Shown: piece by piece, positions 36,651 to 46,740 of the stretch
Position numbering within the stretch: the stretch's first letter is position 1
Layout: every line of letters begins with the position of its first letter
NCBI GenBank assembly: GCA_964631415.1
Contig: CAZVZC010000001.1
Coordinates: 36,638 to 100,637, forward strand
Reading direction: 5' to 3'
DNA: 64,000 nt
Source: an uncultured archaeon
GTDB lineage: Archaea; Asgardarchaeota; Thorarchaeia; Thorarchaeales; Thorarchaeaceae
Program-made: the position numbers and the translations under genes
The notes under the pieces: generated by a model
Database searches by the model: none
What the model was told of the DNA's origin: nothing
The model's input: only the letters and a program-made list of their open reading frames with translations

Positions 36651-37508
36651 TCAAGCAAGTGTCAGACTCATACTGAAGTCGGACGATGTATATGAGTGCG
36701 TTAGCGCACCTGATGATATCACGTCGGCTCCGCTCTTCGCAAACGTTCTTGCGTTGCTTTCATCGATTCCTCCGGACGCCTCCAGAATCACTCTCGTGCG
36801 TAGTCCTCTCTGAGTGAGGACACTGTGTACGTTCTCAATGTCCTTAGGAGTGAAATTGTCAAGAAGGACTATGTCCGCACCTGTTTCAACGGCTTGAATC
36901 GCCTCTTGTAGGTTCCTGACTTCGCAGGAAATCTTCTTCGTGAATGACACGCGTTCTCTTGCTGCACGTACCGCTTGGGCGACACCCCCTACAACCGCGA
37001 CATGGTTGTTCTTGATGATTACCATATCGTCGAGCGCGTAGCGGTGTGGGTCTCCGCCTCCCACTTCAACGGCACGCTTCTCGAAGTACCTGAAGCCCGG
37101 CGTGGTCTTTCGAGTTGCTGCCACAATGATCTTTGGATTCTCCTTCCTTGCAGACTGTACCATGTTGTACGTTGCTGTGGCAATGCCGCTCATACGCATG
37201 ACTATGTTGAGCACTACTCTCTCCACGGCCAACAAGGTCTTTGCAGGTCCTTTGAAACGAATCACAGGTTCCCTTGGTCCAACCCAGTTTCCCTCGAAGG
37301 CCAAGACTTCACAGGTGATTCCGTATAGGTCTGCGATTGCAGCAGCCTCTTCGACACCAGCAAGAATAGTCCTGCTCTTGGCGATGATTGTAGCGATGCC
37401 TGTCGCACTCAAAGGCCCCAATGCTTCAGTGGTTATGTCCCCGGACCTGATGTCCTCCTCCAAGAACGTCTTCAGCTTCTCAATGATGGCAGGAGGAAGT
37501 CCTTTCAT
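36651..37508 (-). CDS. nadC: Nicotinate-nucleotide pyrophosphorylase (carboxylating)
   Basis: EDIRSGDITT, ERVVLN..MSGIAT, TRKTTPG, HRYAL, LLDNF, EASGGI. Confidence 0.96.
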   Translation of the reverse strand: MKGLPPAIIEKLKTFLEEDIRSGDITTEALGPLSATGIATIIAKSRTILAGVEEAAAIADLYGITCEVLAFEGNWVGPREPVIRFKGPAKTLLAVERVVLNIVMRMSGIATATYNMVQSARKENPKIIVAATRKTTPGFRYFEKRAVEVGGGDPHRYALDDMVIIKNNHVAVVGGVAQAVRAARERVSFTKKISCEVRNLQEAIQAVETGADIVLLDNFTPKDIENVHSVLTQRGLRTRVILEASGGIDESNARTFAKSGADVISSGALTHSYTSSDFSMSLTLA

Positions 37509-37524
37509 TCTTAGTCCTCCATTG

Positions 37525-38154
37525 TCATACTCTTGGGTGCTGCGGATTCCTCACCACATTGCCACGCGGCTTTTCTTCTCCGAAGATCTCAGCTTGGAAC
37601 GACATGAATTCAGTCTTGGGGTCCAACCACATGTTGGCGGGAAGACCTGCCTTGTTGCACGTCTGCTCTAGGAACTCCTTGACGCCCCATCCCCACTCCA
37701 CTGGCACTTGAGGTAGGAGCAGCCCTTTTCTTCCTCCTCTGCTCACTATGAGACCGTCACGGCCGATTTCAACAAGATCTAGGAGGCCTGTTGGGTCTGA
37801 GTACTTCATCTTCTGTGGAGGGGTCAGGATGCTCAGTTCGACCAGTATTGAGTTGAACTCTTTCACAGAAACCGGACTGAAGCGGAAGTCATTGGACGCA
37901 GCATCCACCGCCGAATCAATCGTGGCCTCGACAAGTGGTTGAGATGGGTACGGGCGGCCGATGCATCCTCTCAGCGTTACACTGTCGCCCCGAGTCGCAT
38001 TCAGAGTCACAAAGACACCCGATTCCTTCCTTAGGTGACTTGGGGTGTCAGCAGGCATATCAACCTTCTTTCGAAGCCGCACGTAGTCTTCAACAGCCTG
38101 TCTGGCGAGCTTGACAAGGAATACCCCGTCAGCGTCCGAGTACACGTGTGACAT
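37525..38154 (-). CDS. AMMECR1 domain protein
   Basis: GVFVTL, LRGCIG, DFRF, GLLLPQV, KAGL. Confidence 0.93.
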   Translation of the reverse strand: MSHVYSDADGVFLVKLARQAVEDYVRLRKKVDMPADTPSHLRKESGVFVTLNATRGDSVTLRGCIGRPYPSQPLVEATIDSAVDAASNDFRFSPVSVKEFNSILVELSILTPPQKMKYSDPTGLLDLVEIGRDGLIVSRGGRKGLLLPQVPVEWGWGVKEFLEQTCNKAGLPANMWLDPKTEFMSFQAEIFGEEKPRGNVVRNPQHPRV

Positions 38155-38212
38155 GTGGCATCAACTCGATGTGTCACTGGTAGCTTGGTATGCCGTTATC
38201 CTTTTCGCATTC

Positions 38213-39529
38213 TCATCTCGTAGCTTTGACGGGGACTCTTCCAGCCGTCCCTTGACCCACCATGAATTTCCCGTAGCTATACACGAGTTCGCCACCCACG
38301 AAGGTCATGACAGGGCGGGCCAGCACCCGTCGTCCTTCGAATGGGGTGATCTTGGCCTTTGACTGGAAGTCTGCACCGCGAATGACAGTATCCTCTCTCT
38401 GGACTACCGTAATGTCGGCGTCATAGTCCTTTGTGAGCACTCCCTTGTTACCGATTCGTAGTACCCATGCAGGAGCAGAGCAACAGCATCTCAAGTAGTC
38501 CACCCAAGACAACCGACCATCAAACACCTCTGTCAACATGAGTGGCACGAGTGTTTCCAGCCCTGGTATGCCTGAGGCAGCCTTCAGAAACGGTGCAAGC
38601 TTCTCCTGCTCGGTGTGGGGCGCATGGTCGGACACTACACAGTCAATCGAGCATTGACCACAGAGAGCATGTCTAAGCCACTCATTGTCCTGACGTGTAC
38701 GAAGTGGGGGGAGCACTTTCGCAGTGCCGTCTGAATCTATGAAGTCACTACCCGCCAAGAGCAGATGGTGGGGGGTCACCTCCGCTGTCAAGCTCTTCTC
38801 AGCCCTGTGCTCTCCTATCAGTCGGGCCGAGCTTTCACAGCTAACGTGACAGACATGCAGACGTCCTCCAATCTCAGAATGAGCACTTAGGAACTGCTTT
38901 ATTGACTTGACCTCACTATCGCAACTGTGAAGGGCGAGAAAGTCATTCAGGTCTTCGGATGCAGCACCAGGCTTGGAGGAGTCAGGATGGAATAGCAGTG
39001 GTAAATCCAGTTCGAAGCAGATTCTCATACAGTCGAGGGCTCGCTGGTGGCCAGTTCGCGTTCCCTGTACGAGTGGGGAATGAGGGTATTCCTTTACACC
39101 GAGTATGTTTGGGGTAATGGACGCATCGAAGTCCGCAGCCTTCTTTGGCACACCTGCATAGAAGCCGACATTGACAAAGCGTTTCTCTTGTGCGCTAGTG
39201 ATTTTCTCCTCAAGCACTCTCAATGTGAGGACTGGTGGATCAGAGTTTGGCATGTCGACGACAGTCGTTACGCCGCCTGCAGCGGCGGCCCTAGTCCCAG
39301 TCATATAGTCCTCCTTATTGGACTGCCCCAAGTCACGTAGATGCACGTGGATGTCGATTGCTCCGGGGAGGACGTATAGACCGCTGCAGTCGACTGTCTC
39401 ATGAGCGTCGGGCTCACTGCCGACCACATATAGCCCGTCGATTTTGCCTGCCTTGACGCCAAGCGAACGTGTCGTTTCCTTTCCGTCAACTATGACAGTC
39501 CCATTTTTCAGGAGAAGGTCTACAGACAT
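38213..39529 (-). CDS. pyrC: Dihydroorotase (type I amidohydrolase)
   Basis: IDIHVHLR, AAAAGGVTTVVDMPN, HVCHVS, EVTPHHL, SDHAPH. Confidence 0.88.
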   Translation of the reverse strand: MSVDLLLKNGTVIVDGKETTRSLGVKAGKIDGLYVVGSEPDAHETVDCSGLYVLPGAIDIHVHLRDLGQSNKEDYMTGTRAAAAGGVTTVVDMPNSDPPVLTLRVLEEKITSAQEKRFVNVGFYAGVPKKAADFDASITPNILGVKEYPHSPLVQGTRTGHQRALDCMRICFELDLPLLFHPDSSKPGAASEDLNDFLALHSCDSEVKSIKQFLSAHSEIGGRLHVCHVSCESSARLIGEHRAEKSLTAEVTPHHLLLAGSDFIDSDGTAKVLPPLRTRQDNEWLRHALCGQCSIDCVVSDHAPHTEQEKLAPFLKAASGIPGLETLVPLMLTEVFDGRLSWVDYLRCCCSAPAWVLRIGNKGVLTKDYDADITVVQREDTVIRGADFQSKAKITPFEGRRVLARPVMTFVGGELVYSYGKFMVGQGTAGRVPVKATR

Positions 39530-39571
39530 CTGCGGTGGACGCCACCCCTGTATTGTACGGAATGAACCACG

Positions 39572-40396
39572 TTAAGTCCGCTTCGGCGGCGCCGGGACTT
39601 TGAACTTGTTCGCCACAAACCGCGTGAAATCCGTCGCACCGACTATACCGACGAGCTTGTTGCCCTTAGTGACGACTGGCAGCGTGTTCAGGTAAGCCTC
39701 AAGCATCCTCGTGGCCGCTTTGCCAATTGGCTCCTCAGGGTCTGCCACGGGCGGCTGCTGCATCATAGCATCTACCACTCGAATCATTCTGACTTGGTTC
39801 GCACGGTATTTGTCTGGCACTTCCACACTGAATCTGGCCAGCGCCTGTGCCACTGTCTTCTCAGTGAGGAGACCAAGGACACGGTCCTTCTCTGTGACAG
39901 GCATCCCAGAATAGCCAGCTGTAAGCATGTCCGAGCGAGCTCTTATGAGTCGTTCCACTGGTCCGACAGTCAAAAGCCCCTCCTTTGTCATGAGCTCCTT
40001 GACCTTCACATTCTCAATCTTCTTGACAAGTGCAGAAATCTCAGCCTTTGTTATCACACCGACCAGCTTGCCCTCCTTGTCAATCACTGGACATCCACTC
40101 ATGCCCCTATCTACCATCAGTTGCGCCACATCTGTGATATCGTCTGTCGGCGATACAGTGATCACAGTTTCAGTCATTGCGCTTGACACATGGAGTCTTC
40201 CGATGGAAACAGCTACGACCTTGCTCACTCCGAGTCGATCGGCAATGTCTGCATAGGTGAGAATCCCCCTCAGTTCGTTGCCTTCAGTCACAATCAACCT
40301 GTCAACGCGTTTCTTCTCAAGGAGATCGAGGGCATTAGACAGTCTCTGGTCTTTTGCAATAGTCACTGGTTCAGTCATTATCTGAGATACTTCCAC
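39572..40396 (-). CDS. Protein with four CBS domains
   Basis: Repeated CBS motifs (MTE.V.T, PV....LVGI/V). Confidence 0.9.
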   Translation of the reverse strand: MEVSQIMTEPVTIAKDQRLSNALDLLEKKRVDRLIVTEGNELRGILTYADIADRLGVSKVVAVSIGRLHVSSAMTETVITVSPTDDITDVAQLMVDRGMSGCPVIDKEGKLVGVITKAEISALVKKIENVKVKELMTKEGLLTVGPVERLIRARSDMLTAGYSGMPVTEKDRVLGLLTEKTVAQALARFSVEVPDKYRANQVRMIRVVDAMMQQPPVADPEEPIGKAATRMLEAYLNTLPVVTKGNKLVGIVGATDFTRFVANKFKVPAPPKRT

Positions 40397-40455
40397 TACA
40401 TGGGCCTCCTACGTAATGCTTGGGTGCGCACGTTACGTGGCACTGTTAAACCAAC

Positions 40456-41022
40456 TCAGCTACGGCATGCTTCGCAGAGGTATCGACCATCCTCCATGAC
40501 CAAGTCCGTTGAGTACTCGCCACAGTTGTCGCACATGCCTCCATAGGCCACCAGTTCGTCCTCCTCTTCATCGAACGGTCTTTGCATGCCGTCTGCCTTC
40601 ATTCTGAGCGACTCAACTAGGATGTCAATCAGCTCTGGTGACCACCGGAGGATGTCTCGCGAAGTCACAATGCCTACGAGGGAGTCGTTCTTGAGTACAG
40701 CGACTCGGCGAATCCCGCTTCTTGCCATGACACGCATGGCCTCGGTCAGAGAAGTGTCCATTGTGACATGAATGAGTGGCGAACTCATGATCTGACTCGA
40801 CTTAGTCGTTCGGGGGTCCAGCTCCCTTGCTATCACCCTGCGCACAAGATCTTCTTCAGTAATGATGCCTACTGGTCGTTCCCTGCTCACCACAATGACT
40901 GAGCTGATATCTGCCTTGTTCATTGCCTTGGCAACATCAAGGGCAGTCGCGTCAGGTGCTATCGTGACTACTTGAGAAGTCATGATGTCCCTCACGGACA
41001 TATCGTGCGAGGATCCAGCCAT
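40456..41022 (-). CDS. CBS-pair protein with C-terminal Zn ribbon
   Basis: Two CBS domains, then GMCDNCG...YLCEAC. Confidence 0.9.
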   Translation of the reverse strand: MAGSSHDMSVRDIMTSQVVTIAPDATALDVAKAMNKADISSVIVVSRERPVGIITEEDLVRRVIARELDPRTTKSSQIMSSPLIHVTMDTSLTEAMRVMARSGIRRVAVLKNDSLVGIVTSRDILRWSPELIDILVESLRMKADGMQRPFDEEEDELVAYGGMCDNCGEYSTDLVMEDGRYLCEACRS

Positions 41023-41180
41023 AGAAGCGACCTCAGTTCATCAGGAAGTTGGTCCGACACTCTGGGTCAGAGAGCTTCTCTGAGCTACCCTCCGGCCCAA
41101 CTTATTAAATCTGTCTGTATAAATGACCTGCAACAGGGCTGAGCCTTCAACACCACTCAGCACTCGCAGTCTTGCCTGTT

Positions 41181-43196
41181 TCATGATAGTAGGTCGCCAT
41201 CTCCGGGAGGAAGCATGCGCATCAAGTCCTCTTCAGGCATTCGTGAAATGAGGTGGGTCTGGTCTTCGTCCAACATTCGCCCAACGCGGCTCAAGATCTC
41301 CTTGACCAGCTGTCCCTTGCTCGTTCTTCCTGGGACTACTCTGACATGATATGGAGTGGAAACAGACACGGCAGAAGTCGGACCTGAAACAGGCACCACG
41401 TAGTCCTCCTCGAACACGACTCCAACCGCGATCTCAACAGGAACGCCCCTGACGTAGTTCTTCGTCCCATAGATCATGACGGCTCCTTGGGGCAAGTACT
41501 CACCCGTGGGTGGAGTGAAGCTCACCTGCTCAGGGTTCACCCAGTAGGCGTCACCAGTAGACAAGCCGTCATTCCAAGCACTTGAAAAAGCCACTGCAAA
41601 CTGAGCGGCCTCCAACAAGGTCTGCTGTCCCGGTGGTTGGTCTGGGACCTTGATGACAACATACGGGGCCCCGTGTAATGATGCGTGAAGAAAGACATCA
41701 TTTGCAGCCATTTGCCGCTTGGCCAACTGTTCATTGTTCTTTGCGTCGCGGCCCCCAAGTACAAGAAAGCCCTCTGACGAGAAGAACCAACGAAACCTCT
41801 CGTACCATCTCTGTTTTCTGATCCTGAGTGGGCCCTTCGCTTCTGGAGCCTTCTCCACAGGTTCCTGCATCTCTGCAAGCTGGGCCTGTGTCTTCTCAAT
41901 CTGGCTCTCAGCTCCCTCTACTTTCGCTTCTGCTCTCTTTGCCTGCTCATAGGCGGCTGCAGCATTGTCCTGAGCACTCAGTCGCAAATCGAGTGTCACG
42001 CTCGTGCCACCTAGGTCCATGAGAATCTGAGCCTCCGAGGGTATTACCTTCTCAATCATGGTCGCTGACTTGAGGTTCTTCTTCTTTCCCTTCTCGATTC
42101 TCTGGACTATCTCTTCCCATGAGATTCCACCTGCACGAGCCCTTGTGATGGTTTCGAGCACCTCTTGGACTGTCTGAAGATGAGCATAGATGAGTTCGCC
42201 AGACACTCTCAGTTCCTCCGCCTTCGTCCTGAGAGTCGAAACGCTCTCCTGCTGCTTGTCAATTATCGTCTGTAATCGTTCTTTCTCCTTCGCCAGAGCA
42301 CCACTGGTTTCCTCCTCCGGTTTCTCCGACTCTGTGACACCGAAGAATCTGTCAATAGCTTGGCTGAACGTATCGAACCCTCTGACTGGCTGCCCCCGGT
42401 AGAACTGGAATTCGAAAGGGAGGAAGGCTATGGGGCTTGGCTCCGTTTCTTCTTCATCGGGCCCTTCCAAGACCAAACAGGGCCCTTTCACACCTGCTTT
42501 CAGTCTGTCGGCATACTGTTGAAGCCCCGTTCTTAGATCCGCGAGCATTTTCTGATCGAGGTCAGAGGCCATTGCTTTCGAGGACACACCTGCCAAAGCG
42601 CAGATCTCTTCGCAGCTGAGAGCGTCCAAGTTGAGCCTGCTGGCGAGCGTGCGGACCACGTTCGCCTTTGAATCAGACATGACATCTTGGAGGGAGTAGT
42701 TGTCCAAGGCGAGCACATCAAGCCCTCGGGGTGGTGGGAGATCATACTTTGCCTTTGGGACGAGATCACGGTCTCGCATTCTCTTGTAGTGCTGTGCTAC
42801 AAAGATCCTGTCGTCGGGGTCTAGCAGTATCAGATTGCCATCACCAAAGAGCTCGGCTACGAGCTTGTGTGCCCCGGAATCGTCTCCCACTTCCAGCACC
42901 ACGATCCTGTCGAGGTCATGCTGCTTCAGACTGATGACTCTCTTGTCACGTAAGTACTTCCGGAGGACAGTCACGAACTTCGAAGGGGTCTTCGGGGCCA
43001 CTCTCTGAAACTCCGTGAGATGAATCCGGCGGCCTGGTTCAATGAGTAGTTGGCTGTTCCCAACAGAGGGCTGGTAGAGCTTCAACACGAATACCTGACC
43101 ATGGCTGTAGATGTTCTTGATGAAGGCCCCTTCAGACGCTTTTCGCACTTCTGGAAGTACCAACATGATATCTGTGTTGCTCATCGCATCTTTCAT
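41181..43196 (-). CDS. rqcH: Ribosome quality control factor RqcH/Rqc2 (NFACT family)
   Basis: DRIV, ELFGDGN, coiled coils, WYERFRWFFSSEG, GGRDA..NE, FLHA...GAP. Confidence 0.93.
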   Translation of the reverse strand: MKDAMSNTDIMLVLPEVRKASEGAFIKNIYSHGQVFVLKLYQPSVGNSQLLIEPGRRIHLTEFQRVAPKTPSKFVTVLRKYLRDKRVISLKQHDLDRIVVLEVGDDSGAHKLVAELFGDGNLILLDPDDRIFVAQHYKRMRDRDLVPKAKYDLPPPRGLDVLALDNYSLQDVMSDSKANVVRTLASRLNLDALSCEEICALAGVSSKAMASDLDQKMLADLRTGLQQYADRLKAGVKGPCLVLEGPDEEETEPSPIAFLPFEFQFYRGQPVRGFDTFSQAIDRFFGVTESEKPEEETSGALAKEKERLQTIIDKQQESVSTLRTKAEELRVSGELIYAHLQTVQEVLETITRARAGGISWEEIVQRIEKGKKKNLKSATMIEKVIPSEAQILMDLGGTSVTLDLRLSAQDNAAAAYEQAKRAEAKVEGAESQIEKTQAQLAEMQEPVEKAPEAKGPLRIRKQRWYERFRWFFSSEGFLVLGGRDAKNNEQLAKRQMAANDVFLHASLHGAPYVVIKVPDQPPGQQTLLEAAQFAVAFSSAWNDGLSTGDAYWVNPEQVSFTPPTGEYLPQGAVMIYGTKNYVRGVPVEIAVGVVFEEDYVVPVSGPTSAVSVSTPYHVRVVPGRTSKGQLVKEILSRVGRMLDEDQTHLISRMPEEDLMRMLPPGDGDLLS

Positions 43197-43367
43197 GAGA
43201 CTTTCACCTGCACACTGGGGCTTTCAGTCATGCTCCGATTTTCGTAACTCATCTCAGGCACCAAGCCGAAACGAGCTGAGGTCATCTATGCACAGTATTG
43301 CAGGTTTTGAACGATACGATTATAACTTGGTCGATTGCCGTGGCATTTGCCCGGCCGGTGGTCAAAC

Positions 43368-43715
43368 ATGAGTTTTCTCAAGATTCCTCTAAAGAACATC
43401 TTCCAGCGCATGTTTGGTCGATGGGACAAGAGCCCACAGGATCAGGTCTTCTATGTGAAGGTTTTCTTTGCCATCGTAAGCGCTCTGGTCTGCACGGCAG
43501 GGGGACAGGCATTTGCTGGCGTGAGAGGGCTGATGTTTGGCCTTCTGGCGTATGTCTTGACGCTCTTTGTCATCGTCTACTTGCTGGATGTGGATCCCGA
43601 CTCAATTGGTGGGCGGACGAAGTTGATTACCAATGCTCTTCCGTCGTACTTGCTGCTATGGGTGGTTCTGTGGACTCTGTTCTATGCATTTGTGGTTCCA
43701 GTCGGTCTTCTTTAG
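43368..43715 (+). CDS. EMC6/Rab5ip-like small membrane protein, 3 TM
   Basis: Three TM helices; C-terminal SYLLLWVVLWTLFY resembles the EMC6/RAB5IF ending (YVLFWTFLY); start ATG 43368. Confidence 0.65.
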   Translation: MSFLKIPLKNIFQRMFGRWDKSPQDQVFYVKVFFAIVSALVCTAGGQAFAGVRGLMFGLLAYVLTLFVIVYLLDVDPDSIGGRTKLITNALPSYLLLWVVLWTLFYAFVVPVGLL

Positions 43716-43750
43716 GGCCTGTGTCCTGTCAGTTCGCTGGCATGAGTGAT

Positions 43751-43854
43751 TTGTTGTGAGAGTATCACCGCCCCAGCGGAAAAGCCTTGTATGATTGATG
43801 AAGAGTGGGCCACTCTTCAAGGTCATTTCATTTCACTGGTGGTTGTCACAACAA
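43751..43854. other. Nested inverted-repeat element (structured RNA or operator) upstream of the Lrp-KaiC operon
   Basis: TTGTTGTGA (43751-59) / TCACAACAA (43846-54) enclosing TGAAGAGTGG-G-CCACTCTTCA (43799-819). Confidence 0.55.
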
Positions 43855-43934
43855 GTTTCATCTTCATTGCGAGCCTCACAAGCAGGAGAACGGTTGGAAC
43901 CTCATCAAATCGCAATAAGGGGTGACCCCTAGCC

Positions 43935-44420
43935 ATGGACCAGCTTGACCGGGAACTCATTCGGCTGTTGCAGAAGGACTCTCGTTTGTCCTTCACTAGC
44001 ATAGCGAAGGAGCTGAAGAAGCCAGACACCACGGTCCATTTCAGAATGCGCAAACTGATCAAAGAAGGAATCGTATCGAGGTTCAGCGCACTTGTGAAAC
44101 CGGAGGCCTTTGGCTATGGCTGTGCCGGTCTGTTCAGGATTGAGATTGGCGGACACATTCTCCCTGAGATAAGCAAGGAAAGGACCTCCACATTTGCCAG
44201 AGAGATAGCTGAAGATGAGTCATACCTTCTCATAGCGGTTGACGAGGGGCCGATGACGATACACGCTGTCGTCATGGGCGCCAACGATGAGGACATTGAG
44301 AAGCGGGCGAATGCGCTCAGGAAATCACCAGATGTAGTCAAGGTCACAGTGACCCGCCTCGATAAGGTAGTGAAGGGCTGGGAGGTCACCGGAAGCCCGT
44401 TGGCGGAGAGTAGAACATGA
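43935..44420 (+). CDS. Lrp/AsnC-family transcriptional regulator
   Basis: LDRELIRLLQKDSR.SF..IAKEL...TV..R..KL...GIV. Confidence 0.92.
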   Translation: MDQLDRELIRLLQKDSRLSFTSIAKELKKPDTTVHFRMRKLIKEGIVSRFSALVKPEAFGYGCAGLFRIEIGGHILPEISKERTSTFAREIAEDESYLLIAVDEGPMTIHAVVMGANDEDIEKRANALRKSPDVVKVTVTRLDKVVKGWEVTGSPLAESRT

Positions 44421-45175
44421 CGAGGACAAAGACAGGCATCCCGGGGCTGGATGATCTCATAGGTGGCGGATTTGTCGAGGGGAGTACAATCCTTCTGTCC
44501 GGCTGCACGGGCACGGGCAAGACAATCTTTGGCCTTCAGTTCCTGTACTGCGGGGCGAAACGTTTTGGGGAGCCGGGTATCTTCGTTACACTTGAAACTC
44601 GCGCAAGGGAGCTGAGAACCGAGGCACTCCAGTTTGGCTGGGACCTTCAGGATCTTGAGGATCAGAAGAAGGTCGTCATAATCGATGCTGCATCAAGCAA
44701 GGCCGGGCTGCCAACCTCGGAGAAGTACACTTTGCGGCGCGGGTTCGACATGAGCAGCCTTGCAGAGGAGGTATACCGTGCTGTAGAAGAGATAAAGGCA
44801 CGGCGGCTGGTGATTGACAGTCTGTCAGGACTTGGCATCCGGTTCAGCGAGCCTTCAGAGGTCAGGAATGAGCTGTTCAGGATTGGAGCGCTGTTTGGAG
44901 AACTCAATGTCACATCTCTGTTCATAGGGGAAGTGAATGACCCCTCCACCCTCAGCAGGGCGGGGGTTGAGCAATTCGTTTTCCAAGGTCTGATTGTCCT
45001 CAGTCTGTCTGAGGTGGAAGGGATCCTGCAGAGAGATCTTCTGATATGGAAGATGCGGCAGACCATTCATAGCATGAAGAAGCACCCGTTAGTCATCACA
45101 GACAAGGGCATTGAAATAGATGTTAGCAGATCGGAGCGAAAGAACCCCAGAGCTCATAGGACTGCAAGCAACTGA
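44417..45175 (+). CDS. KaiC-like RecA-superfamily ATPase
   Basis: TGIPGLD, GCTGTGKT, RLVIDSL, KMR; ATGA overlap with the Lrp gene. Confidence 0.9.
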   Translation: MTRTKTGIPGLDDLIGGGFVEGSTILLSGCTGTGKTIFGLQFLYCGAKRFGEPGIFVTLETRARELRTEALQFGWDLQDLEDQKKVVIIDAASSKAGLPTSEKYTLRRGFDMSSLAEEVYRAVEEIKARRLVIDSLSGLGIRFSEPSEVRNELFRIGALFGELNVTSLFIGEVNDPSTLSRAGVEQFVFQGLIVLSLSEVEGILQRDLLIWKMRQTIHSMKKHPLVITDKGIEIDVSRSERKNPRAHRTASN

Positions 45176-45657
45176 GCTGCCGAGTATCCCACAAGCAGGA
45201 ACGGGATCAAAGGCGGTCTGCTGCCGGTGGCTTTTCCATTCTTTTCTTGGTTTTTGGAGCGCTGCGAGCAGAGATACCCTCCCAACAACATGACTGACAT
45301 CTGAAAGCCTGCTGACAACACAGCCTCGTACAAGGGGCTCCCGATGACTGAGAGTTCTGTGCCCGGACTGATGAGCGCCACTGCGCACAGGAGCTTCACA
45401 TCCGCTCCTCCCAGTGCCCCGAGTCTAAAGAGGACATACGATAGCGAGGCAGCAAAGAGTACAGCAGACAGGTGCAGTACGGGCTCAATTAGGAGTCGGC
45501 CTGCGAGCAGCGCCACTGCCAGACCGGTTATGCAGCACATCACAACGATCCGGTTTGTGACTCTCCGGCTACGGATGTCCATTATACTGCAGAACACAAG
45601 AAGAAGCATCATCGTGAGGAACACGACCAGCGATCCAATTGACAGGTCGAGCACCAT
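45154..45657 (-). CDS. A24-family prepilin/prearchaellin peptidase
   Basis: DIRSRRV, GGADVK, PLIPFL; hydrophobic. Confidence 0.85.
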   Translation of the reverse strand: MVLDLSIGSLVVFLTMMLLLVFCSIMDIRSRRVTNRIVVMCCITGLAVALLAGRLLIEPVLHLSAVLFAASLSYVLFRLGALGGADVKLLCAVALISPGTELSVIGSPLYEAVLSAGFQMSVMLLGGYLCSQRSKNQEKNGKATGSRPPLIPFLLVGYSAAQLLAVL

Positions 45658-45854
45658 GTTTTGCTGAGATCTCCTTGTTTGTCTTCACATACAGGTCTTG
45701 CCAATATAATCATCCCCTAACTACAAGTCTTGCGCTTGTCAGTCTTGGAACGGCAGACAGCAACACAGATTAGGTGGGTATTGAACGCGACAGACCTCGT
45801 GTGGGGACATGGCACCCTGAGTCCTCGCAGACCGACAGAACGGATCTGATCATC

Positions 45855-46739
45855 ATGAAAGACCCATTCCAAGTGATCCATGACTGCGCTGTACGACTGC
45901 TCAAGATGGCAGTGACCAAGCTCCCAAAGGATGTTGAAGCGGCTCTGAGAACTGCTGAGAAAAATGAGGATGACCCGACGGCAAAGACTCAGCTCTCGGC
46001 AATCCTATCGAATCTGGAGATTGCTGGAACTGGCGTACCAATGTGTCAAGACACTGGTGTCATCATCTACTATGTCAAGGTTGGGGACAAGTTTCCCTAC
46101 TCAGGAATGATTCAAGACGCGCTCGTGAGAGCCACAAGAAAGGCCACGGAAGAGATACCTTTGCGGCCAAATGCGGTCCATCCAATCACCGGCACCAATT
46201 CGGGCGACAATACAGGTGAGAAGATTCCTTGGATCAACTGGGAGGTTGTGCCCGGCGACTCTGTTGAGATTACTGTGTTTCCGAAGGGTGGTGGCAGTGA
46301 GAACGTGTCAATCGTGGGGATGCTCAAACCTGGAGTTGGCCTGTCTGGAGTGAAGAAGCTGATAGTGGACAATGCGATGAAGTACATGGGTGAGGCCTGC
46401 TCGCCAAACATAATCGGTGTAGGAATAGGTGGGGGTGCCGATATAGCTATCAAGATTGCCAAGCAGCAGCTCCTCAGGCCTTTAGATGACACTCATCCCG
46501 AGCCCGCAGTCGCTAAGCTTGAGAAGGATCTGATGGAAGCTCTCAATATGACGGGGATTGGGCCTATGGGCCTAGGAGGCAAGACAACTGTGCTCGGCGT
46601 GAAGATTGGATATGCAATGCGTCACCCCGCAAGCCTCCCTGTTGGAATTGCAGTTCAATGTTGGGCTGCGCGAAGGAGCACAGCGGTCATCTCAAAAGAC
46701 TTGAAGATTGAGTATCTGACACACCCAGGAGGCAAGTGA
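45855..46739 (+). CDS. Fe-S fumarate hydratase (class I) alpha subunit
   Basis: PMCQDTG, LRPN, KGGGSEN, ACSP, GIGPMGLGG, QCWAAR; start ATG 45855. Confidence 0.93.
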   Translation: MKDPFQVIHDCAVRLLKMAVTKLPKDVEAALRTAEKNEDDPTAKTQLSAILSNLEIAGTGVPMCQDTGVIIYYVKVGDKFPYSGMIQDALVRATRKATEEIPLRPNAVHPITGTNSGDNTGEKIPWINWEVVPGDSVEITVFPKGGGSENVSIVGMLKPGVGLSGVKKLIVDNAMKYMGEACSPNIIGVGIGGGADIAIKIAKQQLLRPLDDTHPEPAVAKLEKDLMEALNMTGIGPMGLGGKTTVLGVKIGYAMRHPASLPVGIAVQCWAARRSTAVISKDLKIEYLTHPGGK

Positions 46740-46740
46740 A

